Positions 1 to 8,762 of a DNA stretch of 61,182 nt are shown here, in pieces (position 1 is the stretch's first letter; every line of letters begins with the position of its first letter). Under the pieces are notes generated by a model. It saw nothing but the letters and a program-made list of their open reading frames with translations. It ran no database searches and had not been told where the DNA came from. A program made the position numbers and the translations under genes. The stretch lies in the IMG/VR virus record IMGVR_UViG_3300029288_003766, positions 153,787-214,968 of that record; one strand, given 5' to 3'. The stretch comes from a virus. Lineage: Duplodnaviria; Heunggongvirae; Uroviricota; Caudoviricetes.

Positions 1-436
1 GAAAAAGTTCCAGTTCTTAGATTTTGTTGAAAAAGCTAACGTGTCCATCATCAACCAGACGTTACGTGCAATTTGTAACTTCTTGGTAGTTGGTAGCAAC
101 ACCGCACGTTTAATTCGCCAGTTGGATCCTCATTTCAAACCAGCTGCTGGATTAGATAGCTTAGTTCCAACAGGTCCTTATGAACTTGGTACTTTGGACG
201 GAAGATTAGTTATCCACGATCCATTACTTGGTGTCAACCAGATTCTGTTTGGTTTCAAGGGTGATAACTATCTTTTCGCAGGTCTGTTATTTGCTCCTTA
301 TATTCCTTTGTTTGCAACCCCAACCTTAGTTACAGCTGATTTAAAGGCACAGAAAGGTTTCTTGAGTTCTGCAGGGTATAAAATTTGCAATCCGGGAATG
401 TTTTGTAATGGAACTATTAATTATGGTTCATTATAA
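1..436 (+). CDS. Major capsid protein (T4 gp23-like), 3' part; unspliced form ends at 436 (...SSAGYKICNPGMFCNGTINYGSL)
   Basis: Frame is open from position 2 (KKFQFLDFVEKANVSIINQTLRAICNFLVVG...GFKGDNYLFAGLLFAPYIPL). This resembles the gp23 C-terminal motifs RGxxNF(I/L)(I/V) and GYKGxxxxxAGxxYAPYV. Neck and tail genes lie downstream. The 5' end is outside the window. Confidence 0.88.
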   Translation, partial: KKFQFLDFVEKANVSIINQTLRAICNFLVVGSNTARLIRQLDPHFKPAAGLDSLVPTGPYELGTLDGRLVIHDPLLGVNQILFGFKGDNYLFAGLLFAPYIPLFATPTLVTADLKAQKGFLSSAGYKICNPGMFCNGTINYGSL

Positions 437-684
437 TAACATTCTACTATTTGCTCTGCTAAAATCTGCTCAATTCGGTGGAACTCCTTTAAAAAGGACA
501 ATACCGAACCAGACTAATGGAAACATTAGAAATGGTGTAACGACTACGTTGAATCAGGTGACTGATTTGGCTACGGCAGACCTCAGAAATGAGTGAAGGT
601 ATAGTCTTAACTCTATAGTAATATAGAGAGGTAAGCAGAAATGACTTACCCGCCTTAGAAATAAGGTTAACAAGTAAAAGATTG
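378..684 (+). mobile_element. Group I self-splicing intron (IA-like, no endonuclease ORF) in the major capsid gene
   Basis: P1: exon GCAGGGU(371-377) pairs with IGS GCUCUGC(453-459), with a U.G wobble at the splice site. P3 UCUGC465-469/GCAGA576-580; P4 UUCGGU474-479/ACCGAA503-508; P5 485-498; P6a CUAAUG-GAAA-CAUUAG 514-529; P7 GACUA542-546/UAGUC602-606; P7.1 552-567; P8 582-593; P9 611-628 plus two further hairpins; terminal G684. Joining T377 to A685 restores the frame (GGG TAT AAA GTT GTA AAC). Confidence 0.9.
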
Positions 685-743
685 ATAAAGTTGTAAACCC
701 AGGTATGTTCTGTCAAGGAACAATGAACTACGGTTCTCTTTAA
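685..743 (+). CDS. Exon 2 of major capsid gene (Y)KVVNPGMFCQGTMNYGSL*
   Basis: Matches the unspliced C-terminus at 380-436 in 14/18 aa, with the stop at the equivalent position. In frame after the predicted splicing. Confidence 0.85.
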
Positions 744-780
744 CTTATAACAATAAGTTTTAGCTAACTGACAATTTGGG

Positions 781-833
781 CTGGACAGAGGAGAGCACGG
801 TTACTATAAACGTAACCTTCTCCTCTGAGCCAG
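781..833 (+). terminator. Long stem-loop downstream of capsid gene (terminator, processing or stabilising hairpin)
   Basis: CAGAGGAGA786-794/TCTCCTCTG819-827, GGTTAC799-804/GTAACC812-817, CTGG/CCAG closing. No strong U-tract. Confidence 0.5.
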
Positions 834-842
834 TAATTAAAA

Positions 843-850
843 TATAAATA
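843..850 (+). promoter_or_regulatory. Possible T4-type late promoter TATAAATA
   Basis: Exact T4 late-promoter octamer 17 nt upstream of the ATG at 868. The AT-rich context makes a chance match possible. Confidence 0.3.
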
Positions 851-867
851 AAATAAGGATAGTTTAA

Positions 868-1752
868 ATGAGCTTAGAAGTTGACATAACGGAAATTAAA
901 ACATTGATTGAGCAAACCGACAAGTTTGTGTGCAATCAGTGTGGGCAGGAGTTTATGACAAAAACCGGCTATACTGAGCATATTACAAAGAAGCACTCTG
1001 GTAAGACATATGATTTATCAAACCACAAGCTAGGTTGTCTTTGTTCATTTTGTAAAGATAAACACGGTGAGAATAATCCATTTTTTGGTAGGAAACATTC
1101 AGAAGATACTATAAAGAAACAATCTATTGCTAGGAAGGATAAGAGCTATGAAGAAATTTATGGGGGAGAAGATGGCCAAGTAATGAGAGATGTAAGAGGA
1201 CATCAAATGACTCGTCAACAGCAAGATCCTGCTTGGAAAGAAAAAACAAGTAATAGTTTATCTAAGGCGTTAACTGGTAAACCAAAGTCAGCTGCACACA
1301 AGCAGAAGCTTAGTGATGTATGGGATATTGGTCATACAGCTGAAGTAATCAATAAGATGGGCAAGGCATCAAGATCTAAATATATGAAAGGATATTTTAC
1401 GTCGGTAATGAACCAGCGTGATATTTATTTTCAGTCTTCATATGAGCTTTATACTTATATATGTTTGGAGCACGATGAACAAGTACAGAGTTATGAGAGA
1501 TGCTCCTTTAAAGTTTTTTACTTGTTTGATGGTAAGATGAAGAGGCATGTTCCAGATATTGAAATTCATTATAAAGATGGTTCTATTAAGGTTCTTGAAA
1601 TCAAACCAGCTAAATTTTTGACTAACCCTGAAATTACGGCAAAAAGATTAGCGGGTGAAAAATATTGTGAAGAACACGGGATATCCTATGAAATGCATAC
1701 AGAAGAGGAAATCCAACGTATATTAGATAAGAGGCATTTAAATGACGATTAA
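868..1752 (+). CDS. Free-standing endonuclease: C2H2 zinc finger + NUMOD3 + TnsA-N/gp4-like PD-(D/E)XK domain
   Basis: CNQC...HITKKH; NPFFGRKHSEDT (NUMOD3); FQSSYE...HVPDIEIHYKDGSIKVLEIKP. Confidence 0.75.
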   Translation: MSLEVDITEIKTLIEQTDKFVCNQCGQEFMTKTGYTEHITKKHSGKTYDLSNHKLGCLCSFCKDKHGENNPFFGRKHSEDTIKKQSIARKDKSYEEIYGGEDGQVMRDVRGHQMTRQQQDPAWKEKTSNSLSKALTGKPKSAAHKQKLSDVWDIGHTAEVINKMGKASRSKYMKGYFTSVMNQRDIYFQSSYELYTYICLEHDEQVQSYERCSFKVFYLFDGKMKRHVPDIEIHYKDGSIKVLEIKPAKFLTNPEITAKRLAGEKYCEEHGISYEMHTEEEIQRILDKRHLNDD

Positions 1753-2662
1753 TGACATACTTTTGTGGGTAAGGCAAGAATTTGAGCCTGTAGAACTGGC
1801 TACAACTGATGAAACTATCATTCAGATTATTGCCAACGCTATACGGTATTGGAACACTCATAGCGCTTTTCCCATTTGTCGTATGTTTCCGGCTACAATT
1901 GGTACGATAAGTGTGCCGATGACACCTGACTATAAGAATGTAGTTCAGGTTTACCCGGCAACAACACCTGATTGGGTATTACAAAATTATCCTCTTTGGT
2001 CTTTACTAGGTATTACTATTATAGATAACTTAACTTCGGACTTAATAATGCTTTCAGAAGCATTTAGAAATTATAGATATTATATGGGTACTGATTTTAA
2101 ATTTCATTATGAAAAATCGGACAACCCAACTGTTGGCGGAACTTTATATTTATCAAATTTACCCGGTCCTACATCAACCATAGCTGTTGTTGGTACGAAG
2201 AGAATAGTTACTGATGAGGTTACTGTTCCCATACAACCAGGAAATTCTGGGGTATTTCAATTTTATCCCATAGTTCCTTTATCGTTAACAATTACAGACG
2301 GGAACATGACTTTTACTGACAATGGTTTGGGTGTTTTAATAGGTTCTATATCAGGGTACAGTGGCACAATAGACTATACTACAGGAGCCTGGTCTACTAC
2401 ATATCTTTTTTCATCTGCTAGTAGTGCTGCCACATACGAGTTTAATGAGGATATAAAGAGTGAATATATACTTACTTTTCTACTTTATTATGTTAAGGCC
2501 TTGACGAAGATGGCTGAGGGGAATGTTTTGAGAAAAGTAGAAGCAGTTGAGATTAGGAATGATGGTCAGCAATTATATACTGAAGGAAAAGATGAAAAGT
2601 TGGAACTAGAGAAGAAACTAAATGTTGAAGGCCGCTGGCTTTCATTCGTAAAACGGTTCTAA
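1742..2662 (+). CDS. Neck protein (T4 gp13-like) with inserted beta-rich domain
   Basis: N-terminal VELATTDETIIQIIANAIRYW and C-terminal YVKALTKMAEG...NDGQQLYTEGKDEKLELE resemble gp13. Located after the capsid gene. Confidence 0.7.
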   Translation: MTINDILLWVRQEFEPVELATTDETIIQIIANAIRYWNTHSAFPICRMFPATIGTISVPMTPDYKNVVQVYPATTPDWVLQNYPLWSLLGITIIDNLTSDLIMLSEAFRNYRYYMGTDFKFHYEKSDNPTVGGTLYLSNLPGPTSTIAVVGTKRIVTDEVTVPIQPGNSGVFQFYPIVPLSLTITDGNMTFTDNGLGVLIGSISGYSGTIDYTTGAWSTTYLFSSASSAATYEFNEDIKSEYILTFLLYYVKALTKMAEGNVLRKVEAVEIRNDGQQLYTEGKDEKLELEKKLNVEGRWLSFVKRF

Positions 2663-2663
2663 T

Positions 2664-2957
2664 ATGAATATAGACCTTAACTTACTATGCCTTGAGACTG
2701 CTGATTTAGTAACAATCAAGGAATTGATGAAGAAGAGAGATCCCGATTCTAAAGAGGTTGTTAAATTTACAAAGGATTATGGTTTGGGAACTCCTGAATG
2801 GCAGAGCGCGATGATTAGAAGAATAAATAATAAAGTTAAGCAGAATAAAGAACTTACTGATATAGACAAAACATTTATTCATTTACAAAATGAGCATAAC
2901 AAATGGGTATTGGATCAGCTAAAGTCTATGGGTATCCAATCTATTTGTATGAACTAA
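2664..2957 (+). CDS. Hypothetical protein, paralog of next gene
   Basis: Shares EVxxxxKxYGxGxxxWQxAMIxRIxxKxxxNxxLTxxD...HN...LxxxG with 2960-3238. Confidence 0.75.
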   Translation: MNIDLNLLCLETADLVTIKELMKKRDPDSKEVVKFTKDYGLGTPEWQSAMIRRINNKVKQNKELTDIDKTFIHLQNEHNKWVLDQLKSMGIQSICMN

Positions 2958-2959
2958 CA

Positions 2960-3238
2960 ATGGAATTTTATGAGTGTTTTGAGTACATAAAAAAAGATAT
3001 AAATCTATTTGAGGCTTTGGACGCTGATCAACAAGAGGTAGCTAATTATTCCAAGCAATATGGCTTTGGGTCCATAGCTTGGCAGAAGGCTATGATCACC
3101 AGGATTAAGAGGAAGCTGTCCAATAATGAACCTCTGACAGGTCTAGATGATGTTTTTATTGAAACTATGGCAATACACAACCAAAGGCTTATGGATGAAC
3201 TTAAGGCCTGCGGGTTAGAGAGGTTTGATCTTAATTAG
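2960..3238 (+). CDS. Hypothetical protein, paralog of previous gene
   Basis: Start moved to ATG 2960 (MEFYECFEYIKKD), just after the previous stop. Paralogy as above. Confidence 0.75.
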   Translation: MEFYECFEYIKKDINLFEALDADQQEVANYSKQYGFGSIAWQKAMITRIKRKLSNNEPLTGLDDVFIETMAIHNQRLMDELKACGLERFDLN

Positions 3239-4192
3239 ATGTATAGCACATTGATTGAGCAAATAATCCAAGAACTGGCATACAATGGAATAATGAGGAA
3301 ACAGGCCTCTATCGGTAAGCTATTTCCAACATTTCCCGCAAGAGTACGAGCCGTTGCCGCAGCTGGGGGTGCAACACTTACTGAGCAGTTACCAGAAACA
3401 TGGCATTTTAAGGTTCCATCATCGGGCAAAAGCAATAATGGTGTGGATTACGATGTATATATAAGGTTTGCTAATCTTGATGAAATGATAAAAAAATATG
3501 CTCCAGATAGAAGACTTTGGAATAAGGCCGGAAGTTTTGTGGATTATAGATTATTAGCATCTGAGATCCTTAACAATATCGATATTGAAACTGATTGTTC
3601 ATGCCCCGCTGATTTGTACTATGGGGCGGAATATATTAAGACACAACGGACTGCCCAGTATGGTAGGCAAGAGAACAGGCCACCTAAGATTAGAAACCCA
3701 CATCAGTATGGTGCTCTATGTAAACATGGTGAACTTGTATTTGAAGTGTTGCCAGCTTATACCACTACATTTGCGTCATTTCTAAAAAGATATTGGTCAG
3801 AGGAAGTTGTAGATGCTATAGAGCTTTCAAAGAAAGAGTTAACTGGTATTAAGGGTGGAGCCGAAGAATTAGGACGTAAGAGAAGAGAACGTCCTGTGCA
3901 TTATGGAAGAGGTGGTAAGGAAGTTCCATTAGGGGCTGCCCCTGAGAGAGAAGTTCCTGTTGGTGAGGTTCCCGAAGAGGGTGAAGAAGTTGCTACAGCT
4001 GAACCTATGGAAGGTCCTGAACTGGGTGGTGGACCCGAGGCTCCTGCTACAAGAACTGGTAAGCGTGTTACTAAACTTGGTACGAAGGGAGCAAATGTGG
4101 GAACTCCAAGATCTACTAAGCCAGGTACTAAACCAGTAGGACAAGGAAATATAAAAGCAACTCGACCTAATACTAAACGAGGCACAAAATAA
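3239..4192 (+). CDS. SWIM-like zinc-finger protein with acidic then basic low-complexity tail
   Basis: DCSCPADLYYG...RNP...GALCKH (CxC...CKH). Confidence 0.6.
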   Translation: MYSTLIEQIIQELAYNGIMRKQASIGKLFPTFPARVRAVAAAGGATLTEQLPETWHFKVPSSGKSNNGVDYDVYIRFANLDEMIKKYAPDRRLWNKAGSFVDYRLLASEILNNIDIETDCSCPADLYYGAEYIKTQRTAQYGRQENRPPKIRNPHQYGALCKHGELVFEVLPAYTTTFASFLKRYWSEEVVDAIELSKKELTGIKGGAEELGRKRRERPVHYGRGGKEVPLGAAPEREVPVGEVPEEGEEVATAEPMEGPELGGGPEAPATRTGKRVTKLGTKGANVGTPRSTKPGTKPVGQGNIKATRPNTKRGTK

Positions 4193-4989
4193 TGAGTAAA
4201 TATACAGATATAATAGAGCAAGTTAAACGAGAGATAAAAGAAGATGGGGTAGGCGGCACAAATGCTGGAGCAATGTCGACTGGTGTAGTAGGCCCGACTA
4301 CAGCACAAGATGGTAATACTTCCATTGATTATATCCCGGGCGGGTTTACCAGCAAGAAGAAAATGAAGCGTACTTTGGGCAAGGAACAAGATAATGGAAA
4401 GGTGGAAGTTATCGAGCAGCGATCTGAACTCATCCATAATCTTTACTCTAAGCTGACTAGGGTTTTAACTATTGATTTACGGGAAAATAAACAGATTAAG
4501 AGAACGATTCATCTATTGAACTATTGGTTATCTTTATTTCCTCAATCAAAATATTTGCCAATTTCAAGTCCTGTTGCTGTTAATCTTGGAAGTTACGATA
4601 GGAGCATAAGAGAACTTATTGATAGGATAAAGAATATCTATTCGGATGATGTAGGCAACCTTGAAATGCTTATGGCAAATATTAGACAAGATATGCCGCT
4701 CAACGCCTATGAGCCTTTTGCCGAGTTTGATTATGTGATAGGTGTCAGAGTTCAGTCACAATATAACGGGATAGTAATGATAATGGAACTTACGGTTAAC
4801 TTGGCAATGGTTCCAACACAATCAATATACATAGAATCATCTGAGGTATTAGATGAGATTGAATCTTATAGGACTATAAAAGTTCTTAACGATATGGTTT
4901 TCCCAATTGGGCAAATGTTTCAACCAAGTATTTTTCATAATATCAAGGATATAATTGATGATTTAAACGAAGAACCAAAGGAGAAATGA
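4192..4989 (+). CDS. Hypothetical protein (possible head-internal protein)
   Basis: Translationally coupled ORF with an N-terminal leader ending IKE. Confidence 0.65.
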   Translation: MSKYTDIIEQVKREIKEDGVGGTNAGAMSTGVVGPTTAQDGNTSIDYIPGGFTSKKKMKRTLGKEQDNGKVEVIEQRSELIHNLYSKLTRVLTIDLRENKQIKRTIHLLNYWLSLFPQSKYLPISSPVAVNLGSYDRSIRELIDRIKNIYSDDVGNLEMLMANIRQDMPLNAYEPFAEFDYVIGVRVQSQYNGIVMIMELTVNLAMVPTQSIYIESSEVLDEIESYRTIKVLNDMVFPIGQMFQPSIFHNIKDIIDDLNEEPKEK

Positions 4990-5123
4990 TGAATAGTTTT
5001 GATGATTTTGTAAAGAATATAAAGAAAGATTTAGAAGAAAAAGAGCAAGTAGAGCAGAAAAATAAACAAACACCAAATTCGCTGAATGAAACTAAACCTA
5101 AAAAGGAAGAGAATGCGAATTAA
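4986..5123 (+). CDS. Small 45-aa charged protein (not in ORF track)
   Basis: ATGA overlap with the previous stop, AAGGAG upstream; MMNSFDDFVKNIKKDLEEKEQ... Confidence 0.6.
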   Translation: MMNSFDDFVKNIKKDLEEKEQVEQKNKQTPNSLNETKPKKEENAN

Positions 5124-5952
5124 TCAATTGTTTGAAGAACTTAAAAAAATTGATTTGGCGGAGAGAGAAGTACTCGACAAAGGCCAAGGTCTAGATCCGT
5201 TACTCGAGGAATTTGTCTATGATGTTACATCCCTTCCAGAGGAAGCAAAGATAAAGAGGATTAGGCAGATCTCTGATTATTATAATGAGATCTACTCAAG
5301 ATCAGGAAGAGTTGATGTTGCCTACCTTGAAACTAGAAAATGGGCAATGAAAATATATGTGCAACATCATATCCAGAAAAGAAGAAAAGAATTGGGGTTG
5401 AAAGAAAGTAGATTGGGGGACTCATTTCCAGATAATAGTTTTGTAGATATTAGAGGTATAGAGAATCAACTTGTTCAAGATGAGGTAGTTTTTAAAGGAA
5501 ACGGATTAGATTTTTCTGCTAAAGAAGAAGCTGATGAATTTTTAGGTAAACGAGGATATTCTGTGGGTAAGATGCAGGGGGATGATCCTATAGGTATTAA
5601 GGTGGGGGAGTATAATATTGAAAAATGGAGGAATCTTGACCCTGATGAAAGAAATTTCTTAGATGGGATTATATATTCAGAGGACTTCAGATTCAAACCT
5701 GTTCATATTTATTTTTTTACAACTAGAAAAAATGAAAGTTTGGAAAATACAGAAGATGATTTCAATAAGATTTTAAACGATAACCCGGGTGCTAACGCAA
5801 TCAAATGTAGCAAATGCGGTGAGATACTCCTTAACTTTGGAGGTCCTGGGGTAAGACATTGGGCGCATACTGTATGTTCTGATTGTAGAAGATCTTTAGG
5901 TGAGTCTAAATTTAAGGTCTCTCCACGACCTAAAATAAAGAGGAGAAATTAA
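5113..5952 (+). CDS. Hypothetical multi-module protein with C-terminal CxxC...CxxC zinc ribbon
   Basis: Start probably ATG 5113 (MRINQLFEE). CSKC...CSDC near the C-terminus. Confidence 0.65.
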   Translation: MRINQLFEELKKIDLAEREVLDKGQGLDPLLEEFVYDVTSLPEEAKIKRIRQISDYYNEIYSRSGRVDVAYLETRKWAMKIYVQHHIQKRRKELGLKESRLGDSFPDNSFVDIRGIENQLVQDEVVFKGNGLDFSAKEEADEFLGKRGYSVGKMQGDDPIGIKVGEYNIEKWRNLDPDERNFLDGIIYSEDFRFKPVHIYFFTTRKNESLENTEDDFNKILNDNPGANAIKCSKCGEILLNFGGPGVRHWAHTVCSDCRRSLGESKFKVSPRPKIKRRN

Positions 5953-6480
5953 ATGGGTGAAAAAGAAATCAGAGCGGTCGTCGAATCTACCGAAAAAGAG
6001 TTCGAAAAAAAGAAAGTAGAACAACGGAAAGAAGCAATAAAGGAAATTGTTCAACGGACACTAGAAAGGATTGATGAGTTGGACAATAGAATCAAAGGAC
6101 TGGAAGAGGAGAAGCGTATTTTAAAGCTTGACATCGAGGATATGAAAAACGGGAAACTTGATTTGATTGAGGAGAGACAGAGAAAAAGTGAGAAGGCCCG
6201 TAATACTTCCTTGGTGATAATCAAGGAGGTGCATAAGGAGTATATTCCAACACCTTGGTACCAGCCATACTATATTCAACCGAATCCAATTGTATGGCCG
6301 GAGCCAGTTATTTGGTGTAATGGTACGACGTTAGGTGCGACTTATAGCAATGCGGGTACGATAACAAATAGCGCCTCTTCGTGCAACCTTTCTGATGGGT
6401 TAACCTTTACTTGTTCAGCAGTAAGGGATAATACTGTGGGTACGTACGAGATAAGTGGTCACATCGTTAATCTGAGATAG
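5953..6480 (+). CDS. Hypothetical coiled-coil protein
   Basis: AGGAG RBS; heptad-like E/K-rich N-terminal half. Confidence 0.7.
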   Translation: MGEKEIRAVVESTEKEFEKKKVEQRKEAIKEIVQRTLERIDELDNRIKGLEEEKRILKLDIEDMKNGKLDLIEERQRKSEKARNTSLVIIKEVHKEYIPTPWYQPYYIQPNPIVWPEPVIWCNGTTLGATYSNAGTITNSASSCNLSDGLTFTCSAVRDNTVGTYEISGHIVNLR

Positions 6481-6544
6481 TAAAACAAAGGAAAGGCCGT
6501 GGAGAGACTTTTTAATTTTTTAACAATAATAAGGAGGAACAAAA

Positions 6545-7987
6545 ATGGGTAAAGATTTAGTAAACGATCTTTTTCGTTTTATAAAAAGCGATGAGAGTAC
6601 AAGTTTTGAGAAATTAAAGGAAGCAACGGACGCAGCTTACGCAAATGTGGGGAAAGAGAACTCTGATATATTGAAAGAGCATGATGAATTAATGCAAGGA
6701 TCTTCTTTCACCTCTAGGATGCCTCAACTGCCAGAAGGAAAACTTCCAGCTGATCCTTCTCAAGCAACTCCGGACCAGATCCAAACATTGGCTGAGGAGA
6801 AAAAAGAAGAAGTGGCTATAAAAACTGCTAACGCTGGAGTTACTGAAGACCCAGAAAAGAGTCGTATTCAACAGGATATGGATAAGGCTACCCCCGATGT
6901 GGATAAGAAATCTGACTTTAAAGTTGCCGCAAAAGTTGAGACAGCTAAGAAGGTAGAACCCACAATAACCGGTGTAGAGAAAGATTCAGATAAGGAACTG
7001 AAGGATGAGAAGAACAATCCTAAAGTTGGGGAAGGAAAACTTCCAGCTGATCCTTCTCAAGCAACTCCGGACCAGATCCAAACATTGGCTGAGGAGAGAA
7101 CATTGGTAACAGTCTCAGATGAGAACGTTGCTAAAGATATTGCAAGTAAATATCCTGGTGGAAGAATAGTTCCTGACAATGAGAAGAAACAGTTTGTGGT
7201 AATGGTTCAGGAGAAGCAGATAAAAGAAGAGACTACAACTGAACCTAAGGGTGCAGCAATCAGTGCTGGGGAAGTTCCTGGGGTAAAAGATGAGAAGGAC
7301 AGCAAACTTACAGGTGTATCAAAGAGTGACCCAAAGGAACCTTCAATCAAGTCAGCTGAGGCTAACGTTGGTAAAGAACCTAAAGATCCCCAGGTTGGTG
7401 ACAAAGGTGCATCAACTGCTAAACAAGATGCTCCTACAGACCAAAAGATTGATCCAGGTACAACAACAGTTACAAACCAGGACGCTGCTAAAGTGTCTGG
7501 TGGTAACAAAACTACTGAACCTGAGAAGCCGGTGATTAAGGACACAAACTCAGTAGCCGGGACAGACGCCAAGAAAGAAGATAAATTAACTCCTGAATCA
7601 AAAATAAAAGAAGACACAGAAGTTACAGTTAAGTCGGAAGATCAGACTGCAACTATATCTATGACTCCAACTGGAACTAATGTTTCAACTTCAGCAACTC
7701 CTACTGAAACTCCCGCTGATGTACTTCCTGCAACTACAGAAGAACCAGCTGATAATACAGAAGAAGCTACAGAAGATGAAGAGCCTGAAATTTCAGATGA
7801 GGAATCTGAAGAGATGGCTGAGAGAATCTTTGTGAGTGAATATCTTTCCGGTCTTGGAGAAGCAAAGTTGACGGAGAAACAAAAACTTTTCATCTCTGAA
7901 ACAAAAGCTAAGAAAATAAGCAAAAAGAATAAGGAAAAGATTGAGAAGAAGTTGAAAGCATTGAGAGACAAAAAGGAGAAGAAATAG
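6545..7987 (+). CDS. E/K/T/P-rich low-complexity protein, probable prohead core/scaffold or internal head protein
   Basis: Strong RBS AAGGAGG, disordered composition, many (I/L)xE motifs, internal exact repeat. Confidence 0.6.
   Translation: MGKDLVNDLFRFIKSDESTSFEKLKEATDAAYANVGKENSDILKEHDELMQGSSFTSRMPQLPEGKLPADPSQATPDQIQTLAEEKKEEVAIKTANAGVTEDPEKSRIQQDMDKATPDVDKKSDFKVAAKVETAKKVEPTITGVEKDSDKELKDEKNNPKVGEGKLPADPSQATPDQIQTLAEERTLVTVSDENVAKDIASKYPGGRIVPDNEKKQFVVMVQEKQIKEETTTEPKGAAISAGEVPGVKDEKDSKLTGVSKSDPKEPSIKSAEANVGKEPKDPQVGDKGASTAKQDAPTDQKIDPGTTTVTNQDAAKVSGGNKTTEPEKPVIKDTNSVAGTDAKKEDKLTPESKIKEDTEVTVKSEDQTATISMTPTGTNVSTSATPTETPADVLPATTEEPADNTEEATEDEEPEISDEESEEMAERIFVSEYLSGLGEAKLTEKQKLFISETKAKKISKKNKEKIEKKLKALRDKKEKK
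6734..7097 (+). repeat. Exact 67-bp direct repeat (6734-6800 and 7031-7097) encoding EGKLPADPSQATPDQIQTLAEE
   Basis: Direct base-by-base comparison. Confidence 0.95.
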
Positions 7988-8051
7988 TATCTTTTAAAAA
8001 TAAATTAGAAAAAGTGTTGGATGTAGAACACTCTAAATAAGGAGATAAAAA

Positions 8052-8669
8052 ATGGATTTACACAAGTTAATAAATGAAACGATGAAGATTCACGAAGAAT
8101 ATCGTAGTGAAGACCAGGAAGCGGGACAAGAACCCGCGGTATCACCAGAAACTTCAGAGGTTACACCAGAAATAGATCAGGGCCTAGAAGGCACTCCTGA
8201 AGTAAACCAAGCTCCTGAAATAACTCCTGAGTTGATTGAGCAACTAGCAATTGAAATCCCTGAGTTAAAAGATGTTGATCAAGAAGAGTTGTTGAAGGGC
8301 TTAGAAGCTGAGATGGAACATTTTGACACTGTGGGTGGTGATATGAATATAGTTGCTAAGATTACTCTTGATCACATCAATGAATTTCCTGGTCAGAGCT
8401 ATTACACAGCATTAGAGCAGTTAGAGTCTGAGTTAAGTAATGCTGAAGGTCAAGGAGTTGTTGAAGAGCCTATTACTGAACCTACACCAGAACCCGAGGT
8501 TTCAACCGAGGAGCCTGTAGAAGAACCTATGGCAGTTGAATCAAAAACTACAGAGGCTAAAGTTTCAGAGGAAACAGTTGCGATGGGTAAAGCAGCTATT
8601 GCTAAGGAAACTAAAATGGCAGAAGAAGAGGTGGATAAAGGTAAAGCAGCAAACGAACCAGTGAAGTAG
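8052..8669 (+). CDS. Acidic protein with DUF5661-like core
   Basis: GLEAEMEH...AKITLDHINEFP...YYTALEQLE flanked by E/P-rich tails. Confidence 0.65.
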   Translation: MDLHKLINETMKIHEEYRSEDQEAGQEPAVSPETSEVTPEIDQGLEGTPEVNQAPEITPELIEQLAIEIPELKDVDQEELLKGLEAEMEHFDTVGGDMNIVAKITLDHINEFPGQSYYTALEQLESELSNAEGQGVVEEPITEPTPEPEVSTEEPVEEPMAVESKTTEAKVSEETVAMGKAAIAKETKMAEEEVDKGKAANEPVK

Positions 8670-8675
8670 CAAATC

Positions 8676-8705
8676 ACCCCTACAATACCCTTATTTAGGG
8701 CGTAA
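8676..8705 (+). repeat. Intergenic hairpin element, copy 1 (27/30 identical to 47069-47098)
   Basis: ACCCCTACAATACCCTTATTTAGGGCGTAA; CCCTA/TAGGG and AATA/TATT stem. Confidence 0.75.
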
Positions 8706-8762
8706 TCAGGCCTAATTTGAATGATTTAAGCTAAAATGGTGAAAGATACTAACTGAGGTGGT

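Noticed and set aside
386-693. Alternative splice pair T386/G693
   Set aside because: Also in frame, but I found no P1 pairing comparable to the 7-bp helix supporting T377/G684.
408-716. ORFs 408-596 (+) and 489-716 (-)
   Set aside because: They overlap the intron catalytic core and have no RBS or recognisable motifs.
378-743. Duplicated capsid C-terminus as a DGR template/variable repeat pair
   Set aside because: The differences are not confined to adenines, are mostly synonymous, and there is no reverse transcriptase in the window. The intron structure explains the layout.
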